Shown: one piece after another, positions 31,797-41,700 of the stretch
How positions within the stretch are numbered: position 1 is the stretch's first letter
How the letters are laid out: every line of letters begins with the position of its first letter
NCBI GenBank assembly: GCA_963719315.1
Contig: CAVRBU010000001.1
Coordinates: 96,001-160,000 of the forward strand
Direction of reading: 5' to 3'
DNA: 64,000 bases
DNA from: an uncultured Planctomycetota bacterium
GTDB lineage: Bacteria; Planctomycetota; Planctomycetia; Pirellulales; Lacipirellulaceae
Position numbers and translations under genes: made by a program
Notes under the pieces: generated by a model
What the model saw: only the letters and a program-made list of their open reading frames with translations
Database searches by the model: none
Told to the model about the DNA's origin: nothing

Positions 31797-33212
31797 CTAT
31801 CATTGAAGCGATCGAAGATGAGAACTTGTTTAGGTCGTTCCTGGCCAATAGAAAAGATAGCCTAGAAACATGGAGACCTTGGCTAATAGCGTTGCGAGTG
31901 TTGTATGGTCTTGCCAGTACGAACGACGTACGCTCGCAAGCTGATTCGTAAGTGCACGGGACGCGACCCCGACAAATTGCCAAAAGATGGTTTTCAAACG
32001 GCACTCTTTCTCACGGGCCGACGATCCGGTAAGTCTAGAATCGCGGCAGTCATTGGTGCTTACTCCGCAGCTCTCGCAGGTCTGGAAAAGAATCTGGCCG
32101 CGGGTGAACCCGGACTCGTCGTGATCGTTTCACCGTCTAAAAGACAAAGGCACGTGGTGAAGGATTACTTGCGGGCCATTTTCGATGCTCCGATGCTCGC
32201 CCAGGAACTTGTGACCGACAGAAGGCACGAAGGTTTTGAGTTGACCTCTGGCACTCGCGTGGACATGCTCGCTGGTGACTATCGCCACGTCAGGGGATTC
32301 TCACTCTTAGCTTGCGTCTGCGAAGAAGTGTGTTTTTTTGGTCTCGATGAAATGACGCGAGTCCGTAGTGACACCGAATTAATCCGTGCACTCAAGCCGT
32401 CTTTGGCAACCACGAATGGCAGATTGATTTGCATTTCGTCACCGTATGCAAGACGAGGTTGGGCTTACCAGCAATACAGCAAACACTGGGGCAATGATAA
32501 CTCCGATACGTTGGTTTGGAACGCACCGAGTCGCACGATGAACACGACACTCCGGCAGAGCGTGATTGATGCAGCGATAGCTGAAGATTTGAGTGCAGCG
32601 AAGTCAGAATATATGGGAGAATTCCGTGATGATGTCTGTCTCTTTATGCCACCAGAGATGATAGATCGTCTAGTCGTTCGTGGACGCATTGAGAACCAGT
32701 ACGATCCCACGAAAAAGATAGAAGGCATTCGCTGATCTGTCTGGAGGTAGAAACGATGCGGCTGCACTTGCAATCGCCCACCGCGAAGGACGCAAGACGG
32801 TTCTCGATTGCATCCGTCATTATCCAAGTCCGCACAACCCGCATCCCGTAATCGCGGAGATGTGTCGCGAGTTGCCGCGATGGGGAATCAATCGCATTAC
32901 AGCCGATGCCTACGCTGCGGACTTCGCTGTCGGAGCTTTCCAAAACCACGGGGTGAAGTACACCAAAGCCGAGAAAAACAAGTCGGGTTTTACGCGGAAT
33001 TGCTGCCAGTCATCTGTGCGGGTGAACTCGAATTGTTGGACCACCCCAGGCTGATTAAGCAATTGAGCACACTCGAACGTAGAACACGATCAGGCGGTAA
33101 GGACGTGATAGATCACCCTGTCAATCAGCATGATGACTTGGCGAATGCCTTAGCAGGTGTTGTAGTGCTCTCAGCAACGAAGAAAAAGAAAGTCGGGGCC
33201 GGAGGGTTCTGA
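31793..33212 (+). pseudogene. Phage terminase large subunit, broken by about 3 frameshifts (~31915, ~32725, ~32990)
   Basis: Walker A GRRSGKS, Walker B CVCEE, ISSP coupling motif; nuclease motifs ADLSGG, ITADAY and [10 protein letters not shown] in successive frames. Confidence 0.85.
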
Positions 33213-33230
33213 CTCGAAAGGAAAACCAAA

Positions 33231-33734
33231 ATGAATCTCAAGCTACAGCAGGAATGGAACGAAGAATTGACATTCACCGATCCAGAGAGGCAAGCCTTTT
33301 ACGAAACTCATGGAGATTTTGTAGTCGCTGATGACCACGAAGTGTTGTTTGAAGACGGAGCCGTGGAGGAAGGTTGTGTTGGTGGTCAGAGACAGCCGCC
33401 ACCTAAAGACGCCTTTGAGCGTGCGAAGAAGATTCATCGTTATTTCGAGTTCAAAGCGGACCATGCACTTGAGCAATTCAAAGATTTTAAAGCATACCTT
33501 TCCGGTAACGGTTCTTGTCCTGCTTTCATCGCCAACAAAAGCGACGAAAAGAAACTTGCGTACCTGAAGAAATTGCGTCTTGCTGCGAAAAAGGCAACGG
33601 CTGGTCTTCGTGAAGCCATTCAAGAGGTCGAAGACGAGACACCAGCATGGATCGTTGCGAGAGAACGGGAGCGGGCAGAAGACGAACGAAGAAAACAGAA
33701 TTTCAGAAACAAAGTCGATTCCATCAGATTGTAA
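33231..33734 (+). CDS. Hypothetical protein
   Basis: AAGGA RBS; 167-aa ORF with coiled-coil-like C-terminus. Confidence 0.7.
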   Translation: MNLKLQQEWNEELTFTDPERQAFYETHGDFVVADDHEVLFEDGAVEEGCVGGQRQPPPKDAFERAKKIHRYFEFKADHALEQFKDFKAYLSGNGSCPAFIANKSDEKKLAYLKKLRLAAKKATAGLREAIQEVEDETPAWIVARERERAEDERRKQNFRNKVDSIRL

Positions 33735-33757
33735 CCACCAACCTTTAGGAGAAGATC

Positions 33758-34057
33758 ATGATAACAGTAAACATTCACCCGAAGACCGCACCGAATCCAA
33801 AGTGTTGTTCCGATCCGAGTGTGCTTTGTGCCAATTGTGCGTCTGAAGTTCTCTCCAACCAATTCCGCAGACGACGCAAACGTAGGGCGATACTGGCCGC
33901 ACAACAGCACGAAGAGGTTGCGTTGGGTTTGCCGGACTGGGATTTCAGCGACAAGACCGAAAAGCATGTTGTGCAGACGGAAAAAGAACGAAGACAAACC
34001 GTTAGACACATTCACGGAGAGAGACCCTTGGCCATTCCCGAACTCGACTACGGTTAG
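33758..34057 (+). CDS. Hypothetical Cys-containing protein
   Basis: AGGAG RBS; CC..CANC motif. Confidence 0.6.
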   Translation: MITVNIHPKTAPNPKCCSDPSVLCANCASEVLSNQFRRRRKRRAILAAQQHEEVALGLPDWDFSDKTEKHVVQTEKERRQTVRHIHGERPLAIPELDYG

Positions 34058-34108
34058 CGGTAAAGTCGTCGCCCAGACTGTGCACGAGGGTTTGGGCTTG
34101 ATGCTCGC

Positions 34109-34150
34109 GGCCGCAGTTCGTGGGTTTACTTCATAGCACGAACTGCGGCC
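34109..34150. terminator. Perfect 14-bp inverted repeat after the terminase gene run
   Basis: GGCCGCAGTTCGTG (34109-34122) and CACGAACTGCGGCC (34137-34150); no U-tract, so the role is uncertain. Confidence 0.45.
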
Positions 34151-34827
34151 CGCTCGATTACTTGGATCTGTGAAGTGCCGGTGTGGTGGGACTGTTCTTC
34201 ATAGTCTCGCAGTCCTGCCACCCGGCTTTTGAAAAGACAAAGATCGTTCTCCTTTGGGGGCCGGCTGCCGTGGTTTTCCATCAGTGTGACGCGGCAGTCG
34301 GTTTTAGAAAGTCCGTGAAGTGCTGGGAGTGGCGGCGGTGGTTTCATATCCTTAACCGCTGCCGCACCCCCCGGCCATTGAGTTCTACGGGAGCCAGCCT
34401 GACAGCGGTGGAGTTTTTCACCTGCTTCGCCCTGTCGGCTGTTTTTTTCATCCGCCGATTTCCTGATCGCTGGCGTGGGACGATGTTAGGTTGGGTGGTT
34501 TTGCAAGTGGCTGTTTTTAGCCATGCCGTCCAAGGGGTGGCAACGATGGTCGATCCGAGCCAGCGAACGCGGCAAATGACCACTGGGGGGCCGCTATGGC
34601 GTGCTGAATCGGCAAGCGAGCCAAGCCGGAGCCAACGATCAATCGAACATGGGCAAGTTGTTAAGCAAAAAGAAAATGCAACCACTTGAATCGTCGCGGA
34701 TACAATGCTCGCGGCGGCAACGATTCGCAGCGTAATTAACTGTATCGGGCCATTCAATCCCTGACCGGATTGGCTGCCGCCATTTTTCTTACATCGTGTT
34801 TGGTCAGGGTGAAAGGTCAGGGCTTCT

Positions 34828-36555
34828 ATGGCGAAAAAAGACGCTAAGCCGATTCGCTTCGCGGCATGGATTCGCGTCTCAGACAAAAAGCAAGAGAAGC
34901 ACGGCGAGTCGCTTAACACGCAACGGGCAGATAATCGTGCCGACGTGGGGCGTCTAAAGGGCAAGATCGTGGAGTGGTATGGGGGCCAAGAGCACGGCAC
35001 TCCCGGCTTTGAGAAGAAAGAGTTTGATCGCCTTTTGGCGGATGCCAGGAAAGGCAAGTGGGATGCGGTGATCTTGAACCACGCCGACCGCTGGAGTCGC
35101 GACAATGAAAAGTCGAAGGAAGGACTCCGCGTGCTTCGAGATCAGAATATCAAGTTTTTTGTGCGGACCTTTGAGCAAGACCTGAACAATCCGACCGTTC
35201 GACTCTACTTGGGCATGTCCGCCGAGATCGGCGAGTATCAAGCGGCCACACAATCTCAGAAGTCGCTGGTCAATCGTCTCAATCGAGCCAAAGAGCATGG
35301 CGTTCCTACGGCCGGCGGACCAATGCCATACGCTCGGTCTTTTAACAAGGTAACAAAACAATGGGAACTCGATGAAAACAAGCGAGCACTCATTGAAGAT
35401 GCGGCCCGCCGCTATCTCGCAGGCGGTTCAATCAAAAAGATTGCGGCCGAAATTGGCATGGAGCATACGCGACTGCACCGAATTCTTACAAAAGGCAGCG
35501 GTGACAAGTGGGAGATTCGCTTTCACTCCAAAGACCTCAACATCGACGAAACGGTCCTATTCACAATTCCGCGATTGCTGTCGGACGAGACCATACGACG
35601 GATTCATAAACAGGTCGCTTCCAACAAGACTTTCACCCACGGACAACCTAAGCACAAATACTTACTCGGTCGCATGGTGTTTTGTCACCACTGCGGAGTT
35701 CCGTTGACCGGGCAGACCCGCCAAAGCGGCAACCGTTACTACCGCCACGCGAAGCCTACGGCCACTAAGCCGTGTGTCTGTGGGTCTGGCGGCGTTGATG
35801 GGAAACTGCTTGAGGAGAATGTGATTCGCCAGCTTTTCGATATCTTTGGGAACCCGCTCGCGGTTGAGCGTGCGATTCGAGACGCCACCCCCGATCTTGG
35901 CAAAACGGAATTACTGCGGAATCGGCAAGCACAGATCGAAAAGGAATTGGCGAAAGTGGAGCGGGCCAAAAAGCGAATTCTAAATCTGATCGACTTGGAC
36001 ACGATCACGGACGAGGACGCCACGCTGAAACTGACGGAATTAAAGCTAAGAGCAGAAGGATTCAAGGACGAGCTATCGGAGATCGAAGATAATCTCTCGA
36101 AGTTTCGTTCCCCGGAAGCGATCAAAGCAGTTTCCGAAATGGTCGCTCAGTCGTTCACCGAGGCAATGTTTCCAGCCCGTCGAAATTGCCGAGGCATCGG
36201 CTTACTCGCACACGAGGGCAAGAATAAGAAAGGCCGATTGAGTGCGGCATTGTGGGCCAAGTTGGATCAAGCCGACGAAAGTCACCACGAAATGACTTGG
36301 GATGAAAAGCGGTCCTTGATGCAAAAAGTGCTTGGTGGCCTTACACCAAGAGGCAAGCGGATGGGCGTTTACATCGAGTGGGTTAGCGGCGAGGATGGCC
36401 AGCCGCCAAAATGGCGATACTCGATCCGTGGGCAAATTACGCAGCCTCTTCTGTGGCCCCAATCGAAAGAGCGACCGCAAAACGCTCACGAAGATGCCGT
36501 AAACAAAATTGGATTCGCGTTATCGCTTCCCAGCACGCCTGGCTCGGGCGGGTGA
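34828..36555 (+). CDS. Large serine recombinase (integrase); ORF reads through the att core
   Basis: WIRVS catalytic Ser, DRWSR, recombinase domain, CHHC..CVC zinc ribbon, coiled coil. Confidence 0.95.
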   Translation: MAKKDAKPIRFAAWIRVSDKKQEKHGESLNTQRADNRADVGRLKGKIVEWYGGQEHGTPGFEKKEFDRLLADARKGKWDAVILNHADRWSRDNEKSKEGLRVLRDQNIKFFVRTFEQDLNNPTVRLYLGMSAEIGEYQAATQSQKSLVNRLNRAKEHGVPTAGGPMPYARSFNKVTKQWELDENKRALIEDAARRYLAGGSIKKIAAEIGMEHTRLHRILTKGSGDKWEIRFHSKDLNIDETVLFTIPRLLSDETIRRIHKQVASNKTFTHGQPKHKYLLGRMVFCHHCGVPLTGQTRQSGNRYYRHAKPTATKPCVCGSGGVDGKLLEENVIRQLFDIFGNPLAVERAIRDATPDLGKTELLRNRQAQIEKELAKVERAKKRILNLIDLDTITDEDATLKLTELKLRAEGFKDELSEIEDNLSKFRSPEAIKAVSEMVAQSFTEAMFPARRNCRGIGLLAHEGKNKKGRLSAALWAKLDQADESHHEMTWDEKRSLMQKVLGGLTPRGKRMGVYIEWVSGEDGQPPKWRYSIRGQITQPLLWPQSKERPQNAHEDAVNKIGFALSLPSTPGSGG

Positions 36556-38756
36556 AACACGCGAATCGAAACGTCCGAACCAACTTGCAGCCGATCGCCC
36601 GACCAGATTTCGCGGATCGGCACGCCGGCTCTCTCGATCTCCTTATGCAGCAACTTTACGCCGTCCGTCGCGCCCGAGTCACCGAACCCCGCGAACATGA
36701 CGGGCGAAACATACACGGTACCGACCCGAAATCGCTCCAACAGCCCGGGGACGGCGTTGTAGTGGTCGGAGTCTGCGTGCGAAATCACGATTCCATCGAT
36801 TCGCAGGATGCCGCGGTGCCACAAGTAGGAAGCGATCGTTTGCGTGGCATACTCCGGCGAGCCGATCGCCCCGGCGTCGTAGAGCAGTGTTTTGCCATCG
36901 GGGCTTTGCATCACGGCGCACGCCCCATGCCCAACGGCGACGAACGAACAATCGAGCCCGCTACGCGTCCAGGTTCTCGACAGCGGCGGCGCGAGACCGA
37001 CCAGAATCCACACCGCAAGAGCCGCCACTTGCCAGCGCGGCGCAAGGAGCGTCCGGCCTTTCACCATCACCACAAGCAACCCGAGATAAAACACCGCAAC
37101 CCACCACCACGCTGGACCTGGCGCCCAAAAATGACCGGCGGGCACGGCATCGGCCCACGAAACTACACGCTCCAACCACGCCAGCGACCCGTTGCAAACC
37201 CAACCGCACAACACACCGAACGGCGGAATCAGCCCGCCGATGGCCACCATCAAGAAGCCACTCCACATCGACACGAAGACAATCAGCGAAACCGCCGGGC
37301 TGATTACGACGGCAATCGGCGAAGCGATGTGAAACTGGCTGAGCACCAGCGGCAGCGTCGTAAGCCACACGACGGCCGACATCAACAGCAGCAACATCGT
37401 GGCGCCAGCACACCAGTCGAAAGCGCGGCGATACCAGGGCCACGTCTCCCTTTCCAATTCTTCGATCGGAGTCATCGGCCGCCGTATCGGCCACCAGGTC
37501 CACCCGCCGATCCATACCAATGCCGCGACGGCCAGAAAACTCAATTGCGGCCCCGGCCGAAACAGATCGCTCGGTTTGAGCGCCAACACGAACAGCGCCG
37601 CCAGGAACAGCGAATTGAACGCCACGCCGCGGCGACCGGTCCAGGCGGCGACGCAAAACAGCACGCCTAGCACCGCGGCCCGCACCACCGGCGGTTGTGC
37701 CTCGGCAAGTAGCGCATACCCGACCACAACCGCCACGATCACGCTCAACCCAACCCGCCGCGGCAGCCAGCCGACCCGCATCAAGGCAATTAGCCCGGCG
37801 GCCAGGATTGCCACGTTCATACCCGAAACCACGAGCACATGGATCGTCCCCGTTTCGAGATATTGCTCCGTTTCTTCAAAAGGAAGTCCTTCGCGAGCGC
37901 CCAACAGAATCGCGGCCGCCAGACCGGCACGTTGGCGACCGATCATCGTTCGCACGTATTGTTTGGCACGCGCGCGAACTTCGTCCAACCAATACCCTGG
38001 CGTCCACGCGCTGCCGGCCGCCAATCGCACCACGCTCTCCGGCGCCGAACTGCGGAGCCGCGCCAACTGCCCATCGGCACGGGCGTGCGCCGCGAAATCA
38101 AACTCGCCAGGATTGAGCGGCGGCGCGGGCCGAGCGAGTTGACCGTACACGCGCAGCGTGTCGCCTCGGTGCACACCCAACAAATGCCCATTCACCGCGA
38201 GTTGACAAACACCGCTCGCGGGGCGCCACTCCCGGCCATCGCGGATTTCCTTCACTTCAACCAGCAGCCGGCTGCGTTCGGTGACCGGAATCGCGCGGAG
38301 CGGCGTCGGCGGCGGCGCCGAGACGCGCTCGGGCGACTGGCAAGCCACCGCCTCGATGCAGGCCGGCGCCGGCTGATAGGCGGCGTACCGGCTAATCTCT
38401 TCTTTGGCAAAGAGAAACCAGTTCAGATGATGCCACGCGGTTCCCACCAGCGCCGCCGACGCCAACAACAGCCCCGCGGCAATCGCTTCCCGTCCCCGCC
38501 GCCACGCCAACCACCAAATCGCCAGGAAGCAGGCACATAAACTCCAAGACACGACAAACCATCCGGCGCTTCCCAACCAACCGAGAGTACTGGGAAGATC
38601 TGCAGTCAGGATATAGCGATCGAACGCCATTCCGACCGCTACGGCTGCGAACGCGAGGACGAGCGGTTGATAACGTGCGCGGGAGCGGACGCCGTTTTCG
38701 ACTCCGGCCGTCTCAGCGGGAGAATCGCCGTTCGCTTTCGTGCAGACTCCGTCCAT
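36486..38756 (-). pseudogene. comEC: ComEC/Rec2 N-terminal part (competence channel and first half of the MBL domain), truncated by the element
   Basis: NPGEFDF, HVLVVSGMNV, PPVVRAA, QLSFLAV, VGHG, SHADSDHY; ends GSDNAN plus element-derived PILFTASS*. Confidence 0.94.
36513..36530. repeat. att core, right direct repeat (18 bp)
   Basis: ATTCGCGTTATCGCTTCC, identical to 23846-23863. Confidence 0.95.
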
Positions 38757-38764
38757 GCGACGGA

Positions 38765-41700
38765 TTATACAACGCCGGCAGCAGCCAATGTAAACTCTTT
38801 CAGCGATTCGAAGACGGCATCCACCGAATTCAAATCATCGCCCTCAGCGTCGCTTGCAATTCGCAGGCCCATCGCTGCATCGTTGTTCGCACGACCTTCG
38901 TTTTTCGACGACGATAGCCATGCCAACAGTCCCGCGTCGTGGTGCGAGCCGCCATTCAACGCTGGCCGACCGAAATGTCGATCGCGCCCGCGGATTCTGC
39001 TATTACCGGTTGAGTAGGAGTCGAACGATCTCAGGGCAGCGTTTTCCGGCCTGGCCGCTTGGCCAACGGTACTCGCGGAAACGCTTGCTGTCGGGGCCGC
39101 AACTAGTTCACCATCGGCCACGTTCGATGTCGCCAGGGCAATCCCCGCGGCGGCAGGACTAGCGTCCGGAGCCGGCGCGGGTTGGGGCGCCTCGGCCAAT
39201 TCCTGTCCGCTGCCACTGCCGTTCGTCTCGCCATAATGCTGGCGCCAAACAAGCAAGTCTCCCGGGCCAACAACGCCGTCTCCATCCCCATCCGCGCCTG
39301 TGAATTGTGGAACCGTTTGGCCAACCGTCCGGCGATACATCACGTAATCGCCCGCGTCGACGACGTTGTCGTGGTTGTAGTCGCCCAGCAACATCTGCGA
39401 ATGATTGCCGAAATCGACGTTCTTCACATTCCGGTGGCTGTCGGGCGGTGTATCGTTGGGATCATCCTGGGCGGCAACCGTGACCGTCCATTGCGAATTC
39501 GCGTATTCGGCAGCCGGGATACTTGCGACCTGCGGGGGCACTTGCGTCCAGCCCGGTTTCTGTTCTTCGCGAATGACGTACTGGCCCGCCGGCAGATCGG
39601 GGAACGCGTAGTTCCCATCCGCGTCGGTCGTTAGATACACTTCGCCTGACTTGATCTCCAGCGACCAGCTATTGAGAGTGCCCTGATCGGCGAACGCATT
39701 GTCCCGTATCAGCAGCGTCCATAGCCCAGTCGCACTCTCGCCGATGAAATCGCTCAGCAAGCCCTCAGGCTTCCAAGTGCCCGTAAATGGCAAATCGTTG
39801 ACGCCAATTGTTGCGATCGACCGCGTCGCAGCGTCGTCTAACGTCAGATTATGCAGGTCGTTATATTGACCGCCGACCGCCGTGAACAGTTCGACCTGCC
39901 TCCCCGACGGGCTGATAAGAAAGGCGTCCAGGTCTCCCACAAAGCTGTGGGTCACATCGAGCGTCACGCGAACACTGAACACCGTGCCCAGTTCGTTGAA
40001 CGACACGCTCGACGTAGTCGTCGAAAAATCGGTAATCGGCTGGGGCAAGCCGGTTGCGTTGATCGTCACCGGGTCGGAGCCAAGATCTCGAGTTCCGTCG
40101 TTATCCGAATCGATGTACACGATCCAATTCGACAACCCGGGTTCGTTGCCATCGTTAACCCCATCGCTATTGAAATCGTTGAATTTTTGACCCGCGATCG
40201 AACCATGCTGCGTCGTGGGAATCCAATTTCCGAAGTCGATACCCAGGATATCGGCTCCCGACCTCACCGTGACCGGGCTGGGCGCGAAGCTCTGGCGCCA
40301 ACCATCGGCCGCCTGCTGCTCGGAGATGTCTTCGCGAATGAAGTATTGCCCAGCCGGCAGATCGGTGAACGCATAGTTGCCGTCGGCATCGGTGATCTGG
40401 AAAGGCTCTAGAAACACACCTTGCAATTTGACCGTGATCGACCAACTGTTCAAAACACCTTCGTCACCCGTCGCGTCATCGGTGATCTCGAGGTTCCAGA
40501 CGCCGACGGCATCCTCCCCGTTCAAGACGCTCAGCGGCTCGATCGGCCGGTACCGGCCGGTGAAGGGCGCCGCACCGCTCAAGATCCCGGTCGGCGCCGC
40601 ATCGTCGAACACCGTGGCGGTGAAGTTGTCGCCTTCCGGATCCTGCGGGGTCGCATTTTGAACCAGCTTCACGCGCGTCCCCGACGGACTGACCAAGTAC
40701 ACTTTCACATCGGAGTCGTATGTATGCGTGATATCGAGCATGACATCGATATCGGCGATCGTTCCGACTTCTTCGAACGACAATTCGCTTTTGACAGTTG
40801 TGTAATCGTGAATCGCTTGCGGAATATCAGGCGAGGCGACGGTTAGGTCTTGATCGCTCGTGGAATTGAGAATTCCGTCGTTGTTCACATCGAGATAAAT
40901 GACCCAGTTCGGCAGTCCCGCTTCGCTTGCGTCGTGAACCCGATCGCCGTTGACGTCATTCCACTTTTGCCCCTGGATCGATCCGACCTTCGTCGGCGCA
41001 ATGGCCACGCCGGCGATCGCGGCGATGAATCCTGTTTCGTTGGTCACCGTAATCGTGATCTCGCCGGACGCGTCCGAGATCACGAGCAGCGAGTAGGTCG
41101 ACAAATCATTGCTGCCGGGCATGTTGCCGTTGGTGACTAAACCGTCCGCCGAGACGTTCTGCACATAGTCAAACGTTTGCAAAGTTCCGTTCCACTGGCC
41201 GCCCACGACGTGAACATCGTTTTTGGCGTCCGCGCCGGCGTGCCCGAATACGTACACCTGGTAGACCGTCGACGGCTCCAGATTTCCCCAGATAAACGAC
41301 AGCGTTTCGTCCTCCGCCGAGATGTAGCCATCCAGCCCATCGAGCGGCAGCCCATGATTCGGGATATCGGCCGGATCGATCGGGTTGGGGCTGGCAACCG
41401 TCGCGATCGGCGAAGCGCCCGTGGTTTGGATCGTCAGTTGGTAGGGCGTAACCTGCCCCGCTTCGCTGACAAGATTCTTGATCGTCTTATCCGTGTCGCC
41501 GCCGGCGTAAAGAGTCCAATTCTCAGGGCTTGATCCGTTCGCGTCGTCGAAATCAACGCCGACTACCAGATTCTTTTTCCGTGTGCCGACGATGCTGTAA
41601 TACCCCAGGCTACCGTAATTCGTGTATCCCCAGTCCGAGGTGTCGGGAGGGAGCGGCGGGTCGGGCGGATTTCCCTCCGCCTCGAACGGACCAGGGTGAA

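Larger units (their letters stand above)
23864..36530. mobile_element. 12.67-kb serine-integrase element (satellite or defective-prophage-like) integrated in comEC
   Basis: Flanking 18-bp direct repeats, split host gene, visibly lower GC than the flanks, large serine recombinase at the right end, terminase and Mrr cargo. Confidence 0.93.

Noticed and set aside
34126..34800. Overlapping ORFs on both strands upstream of the integrase; possible tmRNA or other RNA fragment
   Set aside because: No recognisable protein motifs and no tRNA-like or tmRNA ends.
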